Shown here piece after piece: positions 37,749-48,981 of a stretch of 64,000 nt of DNA. How positions within the stretch are numbered: the stretch's first letter is position 1; each line of letters opens with the position of its first letter. The notes under the pieces were generated by a model. The model was not told the DNA's origin and did no database searches. It saw nothing but the letters and a program-made list of their open reading frames with translations. This stretch comes from Penicillus capitatus (taxonomy: Eukaryota; Plantae; Chlorophyta). Position numbers and translations under genes: made by a program. Location of the stretch: the NCBI GenBank assembly GCA_965649825.1, contig OZ287696.1:477101-541100 (forward strand), read 5' to 3'.

Positions 37749-38243
37749 TGCGTTGTTTCGAAGAAGAGTGGCGTATATACGTATGTATGTACGTTTGGGT
37801 CGTCGTTCATTTTTCGAATAAATGGTTTAAACGTCGATCTTCGTTCGAGCGAGACTTCATATCGGAGAAACGTACAAGTCATCGTCCTTCGTTTGACAGT
37901 ACCAATCAAGTATGCAGGATCGAAGAGATTGCTGCAATCCACGCGGATAAGTGCTATTGGGGCGGCGGATAACATCTCCTATGGCCTGTTTGTCAGTCGG
38001 CTTGTGCATTCACGTTTCAAAAACACGTCAATCTGTGCGTTCGATGTACGTGGCACCTAGAAAGAGTCTCGGCTAGTCCTCCACTTCTTTGTATGTGACA
38101 TGCAGCCGTTAGATTCGACGGAATCGATATCTGAGTTAGCCCCCGTTTTCCGCGAGCTCTGCCGCCTGGATTAAGAGAGAGGTCTCGATGGTTGCATTAG
38201 ATTGTCATCATTGTTGTCTTGAGAATTTGTTTGAAGGTCGGGA

Positions 38244-39001
38244 ATGAACGGAACTTATCGCGACCGACGCATCACGCACAACGGACGTCCCGCAACTGTT
38301 CTGCAAGACTACTGGGACAACGATACCTTTGAGTTCGCCGTGGTGCGTGCCTTCGTGCCATACGCGTGTCGACGCCTCTCCTGTGGGAAACACAGATTCG
38401 CTATCTAGACAAAAACGCCACGGGACCAGCGATTCATGTGATTCGTGGCCTTGAGACCGTCGAGAAAGGCCTCCTGCCTATAGAAGAGGAAAAGCAGACG
38501 GAAGAGAAGCCGCCAGCAGAAGAAACAAGTCAGGAAGAGGAGACAGGCGGCAGCGAAACACCAGAGACGCCTTCCGTTGCGAAGCGCACCGCCAAAAACA
38601 TCGCTCTGCCAGAATACGGTCCCACAGACTCCCATTACGTCTTGTCGCCAACGGGAAAATGGATTCCGCGCCAAACGGCACGTAAAGAGACAGATGTGGC
38701 GCTGTCAGCCTGGATCGATGTGGACTATCCGCCTCGATCTGTGTGGCCGGTTGAGTACATTGCTGATGATCGTGTAAATACAGAAGGCAAACACGAGTTC
38801 CTCATCAAGTTCTTGGTAGGGGAGAGAGATTGATACCGCGATCATCCTCCACAGTCATGACATGTGCTGCAGGGGTATGAGTTGAATCCTGGTGTGGAAG
38901 GAGATCCATCAAATTATGGAGATTGGTATTCGAAAGAGGAAAACGTAGACCCGGCAGATATCCGGGAGTATCGTAAAAAGAAAGCAAGGCGTTCCATCTA
39001 A
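38244..39001 (+). CDS. Protein with a C-terminal chromodomain-like module and an acidic linker (5' end uncertain)
   Basis: Spliced WPVEYIADDRVNTEGKHEFLIKFL|GYELNPG...DWYSKEENVDPADIREY resembles the chromo pattern VE.I...R.....EY/FL(V/I)KW.GY. Confidence 0.6.
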
Positions 39002-39231
39002 ATTCGTGCTGATTGTTAAACGCTGCTGCTCATGCGCAGATTCAGTCATGTGAACAGTGTTTTGCTGACTATCGATCAATCAATGAACTTATCAACAACA
39101 ACGTCCTTAATGCTGTTTTGTCACATCTAACTAGCTCGAAGAATGTCTTCCTTGTTTATTTGCTGAGCATCTGTTCGTCTTGTCACTTCCAGGGCGCCCT
39201 GATTGGTACGGGTTTCTATTCTTATCTCATT

Positions 39232-42055
39232 TCATAGTAGATCTGCATCAAAACAACCAATAAGGAAGAATGGCAATGAAAAACTGATGAACAGAAAAAG
39301 AGAATGCGCATAATGCGCGCGATGCGCAGAAGAAGATGTGCTCTCATCCTCTCCATCGACTGCTGCTTCGTCTTCCAAGCCGCTTTGCTGTCCTACATCC
39401 TTGAGAGCTGCTAAACAATGTTCACAGCAGATCGATTCCGCGTTGTCCATAGGATTCTCCAGATTCATCGGGCAGAAGACAGGGGCATCGTTCTCTTTGA
39501 TTCTGATGTCGAAGAAGTCGGCAGTATCGTCGGGCACGTCTGTACTATTTATGCATTGCTGAATTGAGGGCATGGAATTCTCAGTGTCACGCTCGATCAA
39601 ATACAGCTCTTCCTGCCAACAACAACACCACCGTGTGTGTCGATGTGGACAGGATGACCTTACGGTGCAGATTTCTGGTGCCTCATTTACAGATTTGAAT
39701 TCACAGATGTAGTCAAGCGCGTCGTGGCAATTGCGAACGGCAACATTGTAACGCGTGCCTCGTGCGTCGATCGCTGCACATCGCTCATCTGCAGCAATAG
39801 CGGCATCATTGCGTGTCCAGAAATCTTCTCTCGTCTCCATCTTCCGTGCCTTACCCGAAAGCCAACCCCATTTCTCGTCTCTGGAAGGAGATTTCAAGCC
39901 AATCCATGCGGAGTCCACTGAGGAGAGACTCGAAAGCAGAGATTGCTCGTGAAGGGAACGTATCTCAGCTAAAGTACCGCCCATTTCTCGGCAGATCTGT
40001 CGTGCTTGATTGAAGCTGACATGCTGTTGGGATTCCTTCGATGCAACATATACCCTCTCCGTCGAGGAATCTTTGTAGCACTCTGCTTTGGGATACACGC
40101 TCGGACATTCCTTTTCTTTTCCCCTCAGTATCTGCAGCAATTGGATGAGTGCAGGGCGACACGAGAGACGCCGAGCACTTGGACTTGACAGCGATCGATG
40201 GGGTAGACAGAACACTGACCGATGTGACGAGATAGCTGTCCCACAACCTCAGAGTAACTCAATCCATTCTCTTCGAGAGTCGTTAGGGGAATATCGACGG
40301 CGACGACGCCGAGGAGCTTTCCTCTCCGTGGACCGTTCGCAGCATGAGAGAACATGGGACGTGTGGCTGTCGTCATCAGACCCAGTCCGCTAAAGTCCTC
40401 ATAAAATCGGCTCCAAATGATCCTCTTTTCATTCTCTATCAATTGACCAGCGAAGAAGCTGATGTACGGCAACAGTTGTTCCAAGATATCTTGACCCGCT
40501 ACGAACGAACATCTGTGCTGTTCTCTGAATGGACAGGAGAGAGGAGTACGTTCAATGTGCATGTGTGTTCCGTTGTGTAAGCAGGCAATGCGTTGAGGGA
40601 GTCGGAAGTCTGCGTCTTCTCCTACAGTGATCACGAAAATTGACGCTTTTCCATGAACGTGTGATGGCTCTAATGTCTCCTGTTGCTTATCCAGCGAATC
40701 CAGGATTCCATGAGCCTTATCATGAAAATCTGAACAATCATGGACATCTCCTTCAGCACAGAGCCAGCCATCTGTGATCCAAAAAATGACCTGGAATCAC
40801 ACAAAAGAGTGAGAAAAGAGTGAGATCATCACGAGGATGGACTTGTTGGCATCCAGTCGACTTTATTTCCTCCTGTTGAGCTCGTCGGAATGTGTGAAAT
40901 GCCGTTTTCAAGCCATCCACTGTGCTTTTCTTTCCATGTGGTCTTGCCTCATCTAATCGACTTTTCAACGTGACTTTGTTGGTATCACTAGCACCCATCA
41001 GCACAGCATCATCATCATCCCGTTCAAAATCCTCATCCCCCACAATAACTAATCGCATAGCATCTGCAAAGTGCAACAAATCAATAGCGGTCTTCGCAGC
41101 CTCCTTCGCCAAATCCCATCTTGTTGCCGATGAGTTAGAACCGGCACGCAGCGCCATCGAACCTGACAACCGCCATTCAATCACACTGTATCCATATGGC
41201 ACAGGAGAAAAAGATTACTCGAGGCATCCAGCAAGAAAACAATATCTTTGGGAGCACTCGTGGCATCCGAATACCAAGGACGCGCCCTCTGCATCACACA
41301 AACGCACACTGCCCCATTCAATGCGCGAAGCGAGAAAGAGAAGGTCAACCGGATCGTATTGCTCGCAATGACCGAGGTGAACATCGCTTGGACCATCTGT
41401 CAATCCCCTTGGGGATGCTGCTCCGGGATATGTTCTGCACAGTGTCCATCACCCTCTGCACTTAGCACAGTGGGTCCTTTATGGGAAGGATTCTTACATC
41501 GCAATGCCTCCAGATGTGCCAAAGTATATCCAGCTGTCAGCTGTTGGCTCCAGCAATCTAAATGCGTCTTGGAGCCCCTGGGACAGTCCCTCGCATCTTG
41601 CTCACGGGTGTGAATCAGATCACTTGATAGATACAGGATTCTTCTGCAATGAGAGGTGCTAGATTCAGCGGGTCTACATTCGGTGGCGTTGTTATATATC
41701 CATGCTCTAACGAGATCTGTAATGCGTGTTTGTCGAAAGCGGGTTGCTTGGCTCGGTGACGGTTACGTACTTTTCGCGTCGTGCAGGTGTCTCCGCAGAC
41801 GCCCATAGACCCAACGCGGTTGCTGCAGGATTGGAAGGTATCCAAAGAATGCGAGCATGCATGATGAGCACATGTGCAGTTTCGGGCTATCTCCCGCTTG
41901 TTATGATATCCAGCCTCAATCGTCTCGGATAACGTCTGCAGCATGTCCGTGGCTCTGAAACGGGTATTGACGCGTTCGAGAGCATCCGGCTCCGAATCCG
42001 ATGTGACGAGGAAAAGGAATAGCGCTAGAAGCCCGAGTTGTCGACGCTTCGTCAT
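39232..42055 (-). CDS. Alpha2delta/CACHD1-like secreted protein: signal peptide, dCache with inserted VWA, C-type lectin domain, GPI-like tail
   Basis: MTKRRQLGLLALFLFLVTS; YDP|RARPWY; PKDIVFLLDAS|SSM; GKKSTVDG; WITDG; WSRFYEDFSGLGLMTTATRP; GKLLGVVAVD. The CTLD reads ARQICREMGGTLAEI..SAWIGL..ERCAAI..RNCHDALDYICE, and the C-terminus is hydrophobic. Confidence 0.85.
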
Positions 42056-42170
42056 TTCACCGGACAGACGCGAATGCAACTGTGTGTTCGTAGACGTTGA
42101 ACCGATGGGACGTCGTTCGTGCATTTATGGTCTGTCCCATCGCCATCCACGACACAAAAAAACCCGTAAC

Positions 42171-43284
42171 ATGTCGGCGTCCAATAAGGCTGGGCCTAGC
42201 GCCAGTGACAAAGAGAGCAATTCAGGTCGCGAGGAACTGATGCAACATGCTGTCGAGTTCCTCCAGCATCCAAAAGTGGTGCATTTTGTGTGAGATGTGG
42301 GTAAAGGGGGAGTGACGGGTTAGGTACGAGATGCAACGGACGACGCTAAAAAAGCTTTTCTCAAGAAACAGGGACTCACGGATGACGACATCGCTTTAGC
42401 CTTTGCGACGGTCCGCCTTCGAGAGAACCGATCTCTGACGTTGGGTCCACCCGCAGAACCACCTTCGTTTTTTCGAAATTTCGTCGGGAAGGTATACGCG
42501 TCACGAAGTCTTTGCGTCGATCACTATCGACTGCTCTCTAGGGTCTAATGGCATTGAGTGTCGTGGGAGGCGTTGCCGTGAGCGCCGGTCCTTTTCTACA
42601 TCGATGTTATACCGAGATGAAAGACATTCTGACGTCGATCCAGGAAGACGCCCAGCGCCAACGCATTGATTTAGAGCGCCTGGCAGATACCTATTCTCAC
42701 GGATTGGATGCCATCAAATCCGAACTGGATGAGTAATCTCATACAGCCAATGGCCGTTCTGAGATGACCGTTCTAGTGTCCGTCATCTTCAAGGGAAGCA
42801 GTCCGAAGAGGTCGTTGCCGTGAGACGGAAGATCGGCGAGATTCGCAGAACGTTGGACAGGGAGCTAGAGAGCCGGAATAAACTTCGGGAAGAGGAACCA
42901 GATTTGCTGACATTGGAACGTGCCTGTAGTCCCATTAGTTCTTTAGATGATCAGCCAGGCGTAGAAGATCGTATCTTCAACCCTTTGTACGGATCGGAAT
43001 AGAGCAACGTGGATGTGACTGTAGAGGCGGCTGCATCTTCTGCTGCCCATCAAAGCGCAGCCCATCACGTCGTTGCTCCGTCAAGTGCAGTGAGCGGAAC
43101 GCTGCTTGATCAAGTCCAATCACAAGATGCTCTGCAGCCAAACGGTTCGTGTCCCATGGCGACAGAGACAGAACAGAAAAGTGAACAGGAGTGTGAGAGA
43201 GAAGGTGCTGGAACCGACAAGGAGCTGGATTATGAACCGACCTATCCTGGCGGCGGCGTTGTCATGTACAGAATTCGTAACTAA
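42171..43284 (+). CDS. PEX14: Peroxisomal membrane docking protein PEX14 (3' end approximate)
   Basis: Pex14_N motif REELMQHAVEFLQHPK|VRDATDDAKKAFLKKQGLTDDDIALAF, followed by a hydrophobic segment and a coiled coil. Confidence 0.8.
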
Positions 43285-43564
43285 TGACAAAGGGCAAAGC
43301 ATTTCGTCGGAAGCACTGGGCATGGGGACTGCTTCTGTTTTGTGTTATCATGTTCCTTTCCTGTCTTCGTCTGTGTACATAAGAAGATATGATGACAGAG
43401 AAATTGATCACACGTATCTCTTGTCCGAGAGGCGAATCCTTCCTCTCTCAGTGGTCAAAGGAAAAAACTGTCTTCTCTGTCCTTATCTCTTTTGGACGTA
43501 TATGCTTGTTTTCAAGGGATCTCGAAATTCTAGAAAAGTTAAAACACTTTGGGCCTTTTTGATT

Positions 43565-44587
43565 TCATTCTTTGGTTTGTGGAATGCCGATCTAGAAGAA
43601 AGAGAACATGAGGCCAAGTGCGATATACATAAGGGTCTGTGAACTTGGATGCTGCCTTCTGGGTTTTCGACATATATGGCTGACGGCATTGTTTTCTTGG
43701 AGATGGTATGAGACGCATTTACTCCATCACGTTCTGGTTCTTCTTCGACGAGAAGACATTTGATGCAACAGCAAATGCCCCACGCGACAAAGAGGAGCCA
43801 TATGAGAAGTGAAAAGACATAGCAAAACACTGTCCATTCTTGATCAGTTCGGTACAAAGAAAAGGACGGTGGATCAAGTGGGTGATGGCAGTGCACATAA
43901 AGAGCGCAAACGTCCGCCAGATGAACGTACATACCGTACAGTCCACTGTTGAAAAGATGAAAACGGGAGATTGGGATTTTGAGTGAGATGCCTGGACGAT
44001 AGTACAACATCCACACGGACTCTCCGCGTCGAATTCCGCACACCGGCGTTGTCCTTAGCTGATCGACTACAAAACGTATTTTTGCAGGATCCTTTAATCT
44101 ATGTTGCCTAAAAGAGTGAGGTAGACGGATGCGATCCAAGATCCCACTCTTTCTCCGTGCCATACCTGATCAACCGTTTGCTCTCGGAGATTGTGTAGAG
44201 AACAACGCAGCATTGTGAGGTTTGCGTCTGTCTCTGAAGGGTATGCTCTGATAGAACAACAGGGTGTTCCATCGACTTCTCATCGACTCCAAAGGCCTTG
44301 TGCTCGTACAGGAATATTCCTCTCTCCGTTTCCACATCTCCAATCGACACGGCGTGCAGAATGTCTCTCTGCTGCACGGGCAAGAGCTTCTGGTTTTGGA
44401 CGGTCATCGGTGTCTCCCAGAGTTGACTTTCTTCCTCCATGAGCGATCTCTCCTCGCACTCTCGAAAGCGTCTTCCCCCAGTCGTCGCATCTTTGCCGTG
44501 GACTCGCGTGACATCACCTAAAAACGTGATGACAACGACAGCCACCTGGAGCATTTCCGACATAATCGATTTAACACCATCCAGCAC
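43565..44587 (-). CDS. Hypothetical type-I membrane protein
   Basis: Signal-like MLQVAVVVITFLG; spliced ...FNSGLY|EWTVFCYVFSLLIWLLFVAWGICCCIKC (TM plus Cys cluster); cytosolic tail AIYVENPEGSIQ|IGIPQTKE*. Confidence 0.6.
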
Positions 44588-44658
44588 GAGCTAGTTAGCT
44601 TTGAAGAAATCTATCTTCGCTACTCATTCGGACACTCGCCGAGCAGTCTTGTCAGCCA

Positions 44659-46231
44659 ATGGCATCTGGAGAAGCGCTTAAGCGACTCAGAGCTCTTCAG
44701 AACAAAAACGAGAACAAAGTGCATACCAACAACTGACGCAAGAAGGACGCGCGAGCCAGTGAGTGAGTGTAGACGTGCGCGGACTGTGAGAGTCGCAATC
44801 CTCAATGGGCTTCTGTATCGTATGGGGCTTTTCTCTGTCTCGAATGCAGTGGTCAACATCGTGGTCTGGGTGTGCACATCAGTTTCGTCAGGTTGGGTGC
44901 CAAAGAGTGCATCGTTATGCGAGCATCGAACACCTCCTGGACGTGCAGGTCGGTTACGATGGATGCTTGGTCCGAAGAGCAGCTCAAGAAGATGGAGATG
45001 AGTGGCAACGGCAAGATGAATGCCTTCCTTCAGCAGTATGGTGTCGAAAAATCGTGCCCAATCGTCAAGAAATATAACAGTCGTGCTGCCGAAGTTCGTA
45101 TGCTAAGATGATCTGCGATGATGCGATCGATGTGTTGTCTTTAGCTGTATCGAGAGAAAATGACGGCAGAAGCTGAGGGACGTCCCTTCCGTCCACCACC
45201 TCCTTCCTCTGTTCAGACGGTGTCCAAGAAACAAGACAGTGATTTTGATGACTGGGGTAGCTGGGATAGCACAAAGGAGAAGAAAGCGCCTGTCAAGGTT
45301 CTGTCGAAGTACGAGATGCATCGTGGACGATCGTGTTGATGCAGGGGAGGACAAGTTCTTTCACGGAGTCCCAGGCCAAAGCCTCTGCAGCAGATAAAGA
45401 AGCATTCTTTAGTCGCAAGATGGCGGTATGTCATGTACAAAGAGTGATTTGTGTGATCTAATTGAGTTGCAGGAGAATGCTTCGCGCCCTGAAGGGATAC
45501 CTCCGAGTAGGGGAGGCAAGTTTGTCGGTTTTGGCTCATCGCCTTCTCCCAAGTCACACGCACGTGGGTCAGGATCAGATATGAGTGCCATGCTCTACAA
45601 GGGATGGGGAAATCTCACTCAAATCGCTGGCTCTGCAGCTCAACAAGCTACTACTGCCGTCAAGTCTGGAACAGAGAATCTTTCTCACGTTCTAAAGGAT
45701 GGTGACATGGCTGAAAGAGTACAGCAGAATGCACGTGTTCTTGCAGACCGTGGACGAGAACTGGGCCGAACAGGATGGTCCGGTCTTCGTTCCATCTATG
45801 CAACAGTTGCCTCTCGGGTCGAAAATGCAGCCAGAGACACAGGGTACTCCATCGATCTGGGTTCAGGCAAAGTGGCAGCGGATAACCAAAAGAGTAACGG
45901 TTCGTTAAACACAGCATCCTACAGTCGTCTCTCGCACTCCGAATCTGATGGACTGGACAATCTGCTAAACAAGCAGAAGAGAGTCGTGCACGAGCATGAA
46001 GCCTTCCACGGTTTCGGAGAATCCGATCCCGAATCCCCTTCAATGCATCAACGCGATGCGACCGGCAAAGGAACATCCGGCAGCAATGGTTACACATTGG
46101 CGGCCAGCAAACACAGCAGTGGAAGTACATCTGGCCCAATTGTGCACAGTAAGCAGAAGACGAAGGAGTGGGAAGACTGGAATGATTCAGACGAGGAAGA
46201 TGAGGTGGATGAGGATTGGGGAAAATGGTGA
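44659..46231 (+). CDS. ArfGAP1/Gcs1-type ADP-ribosylation factor GTPase-activating protein (AGD6/7-like)
   Basis: [39 protein letters not shown]|[30 protein letters not shown], and a C-terminal DEDWGKW. Confidence 0.93.
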
Positions 46232-46691
46232 TCACGACGAGCTGCTGTCCACCAATGAAGTGCACCTGCTTCATATGTGTCAAAAAGATCATTTGATGAT
46301 GGAGGATGCTCTCTGTTGCGCACGCACGTCTTCTGTAGCTGAATTCGTTGTTCGACATACATTGTTTAATCACAAGCGTCCTCCGATGCTTGCGGAGTCG
46401 CCATCGATGCATCTCGGTCGTTGTGTGATCAACAGGGAGGAACTCCGGAGAGGCCATGTAAGACGCATCTGACAAGGTACCTGCCCTCCTCTGCATCATT
46501 CGTTCTTTCAGTTCTTTCTCGTATTCTTCATCGACGTGACATATGTCGAGGGAAGAACAGAAAGGGTGGCTTTGGGTAGATGTGACGTTTATGGAGGGAT
46601 TGCGTGTTCGTGTGATTCATGTGTTGTGATAGAATTGATCCGATGCAACGTACAGCTAGCTTCTTTTGACACATAACAGTCACATCCAGTC

Positions 46692-48904
46692 TCAAGAAGT
46701 TTCAGAAAGGCATGTCTGATCGCCTCCGGATGTTTCATATAGCAGAATGTAAGCTTGCGATTTCAGTACTTCGGATAGCGATGCCTTTCGCACATCGGAA
46801 TCGCTCACATCGTACCATTGCTGTTCTCCATTGACGGTTCTCGATACAAAAGCTGTGTAGTGTCCAAAACTCAAGCTTCCAGAATGGCAGACCACCGCCT
46901 TGAGCGCATACCTACCATCCAGAACACCACCCTCAATACATATGCATGCATGAGTGGACGTCATAGATCATACTCGGCCGTGCTGGTGGAAGAACTATTA
47001 GGGTCAACAAACGCATTGACGTTCATTTTGGTCTCAAATTTGACAGCGTGTGCCAACTTGCTTATATGTCGCTGTCCCAAAACCTCAAACCGCTTGAGAT
47101 GAATGCACAAGACCTTTGGCGCTTTCCATACGAAATACTGTTTCGTGGAATTCAACGGAGGAATCGGAGGCAGCGGCTCGCGGCTCTTCTTTTTCAGACA
47201 TGGCTTCAGATCGGATTCTTTGCGCGTGTTGGCAGAAGTAGATTCTGTCGTAGCATCTGATGTCTCTCCAGTCGCTTCATCCTCACACTTATCTTCCGAG
47301 TCTTCCTCCTCATCATCCGAAGGGTAGTACTTCCAATTGACTGCTTTGCTCTCGTATGAAGATGGCAAGACGAAAACCTCCGGCCGATCTGAAAACGACA
47401 CTCTTTTCTCTGGATACTCTCCAGCACAGCGCCATGTCACACTTTCGTGGGCAAAGAAATGTTGTAGACACTCATCGAGAGTCTGAAACCGCCGAGCGTC
47501 GCTCACGACCTCAGATTCCTCAACGTCAAAATCAAGATCCTCAAATCGATTGGCCTTTTTTCTTTCTTTCTTCTTGCCTTTTCGTCTTCCTCTGCCGGCG
47601 AAGACCTCATTGTTCACTGTTTCTGGATGCTCCTTGTCGTACAACGACGTCACACTGTCCAGCAAATTGGACGATGTGTCGCTCTGCGAATGTTCTTCCT
47701 CCTCTTCCTCTTCGTCATTGGCAAATAGATCTTGCAGGGCATACCACATATCATCGTTCATTGTGCTTTCTTCTTCGTTTTGCACAACCTCTGATGCACT
47801 ATCATCCACACAGTTATTCTGAAGAGAGCTCTGGTCTGGGGCTGATTGAAGATGCGCTAATGCGCCTGGATCGTTTCTCTCGACGACGTCAGGCAAAACG
47901 GAATCTCTCGACAGTGCACACGATGCAGGTGTTGCATCCACAGAACAGCACGAAGTATCGTCTCTCAGAACAGAAATACTCAGAACTAAAAAATCTTCCT
48001 CTCTTGACTAATGGCAGACCTAACATGATCACTGAGCATACAGAAGAACCATACCTTAATGTACCCACAGCTCTTGCAGGTGATCTTGGATGTCAGTTTG
48101 CCACCAAAAACCTCGTCCATCCAATTCGAATCGCCTTCCTTGTACCTTCCAGCTTCTTCCTAAACAGACAGAAAGATTACAGTAGAAGAGAATCTCACTC
48201 TTACATCTAACTCACAACAAGATGACGGAGAAGAGTCAGTAAGAGTTCATGTGCATCGTGTTGTCCTTTACTCTATATCACAGCATTTAACCTCCTGTCT
48301 GTTTACATGTCCACCTTCCATGCAGACAGGTCCTTGCCTTGAAGAGCGGCTCCGCCACCCGTATGGCTGTTAGCGCTCGATTCGGCTTAAACTGAAATCT
48401 CTTCTCTCCTAAACAGACGCACATCTCGATAACCAGATATTTACCATAAGGAACAGAATGCACCATTTTTTAGAGTGAGATCAAAGAGCTCACACATCGC
48501 GGCCGTAAGCGAGGACGGCGTCATGACTTCTTTAAGATCGCTGCGAGCGAAACAGTTTTTGAGACACGCGCTCGACAGGAGGAGTTGTAAGACGGAATTG
48601 AAATAGCAGGTATTGCGCAGATTGGCCAACCCGACAACACTCCATTTCTCCTCTCCATTCTTCGTCGCCGACGACGAAGCAGTCGCCGTAGACGTTCCTG
48701 CGACATCTCTCTTTCCCTCTGCATCTCTCCTCTCATCAATCTACACAGCTTCGTGGCACGGTCGTTTCGCCGTTTGGTTGGTACGTTCGGTTCTGTGGCA
48801 GAGTTGGACGTCGACGCGAGTGGTGTCTTTTTTGCGTTATTTCGCTTCTGCTTGTTTGTATTCTTACGCCCTTGGGAGCGCTTTTTCCTTTGTTTCCGTC
48901 CCAT
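46692..48904 (-). CDS. Ubiquitin-specific protease (peptidase C19)
   Basis: Cys box GLANLRNTCYFNSVLQ, FK|SKGQHDAHELL, FGGKLTSKITCKSC, LDECLQHFFAHE, PKVLCIHLKRF, and His box VCHSGSLSFGHYTAFV...WYDVSDS...AYILLYE. Confidence 0.93.
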
Positions 48905-48981
48905 CCAACGATCACTTCAAAATCTCGAATGCACAATGAACGTCCGTCATCTCATCGCGCATCTGTATCGAAGAACCGACG

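Noticed and set aside
38244-39001. cpSRP43 or HP1 assignment for the chromodomain gene
   Set aside because: There are no ankyrin repeats, only one chromo module, and no chromoshadow domain.
45660-48210. Long antisense ORFs (45660-46499, 47356-48210; also 511-933, 26752-27276 and similar)
   Set aside because: They are shadows of real genes on the opposite strand and have no recognisable motifs.
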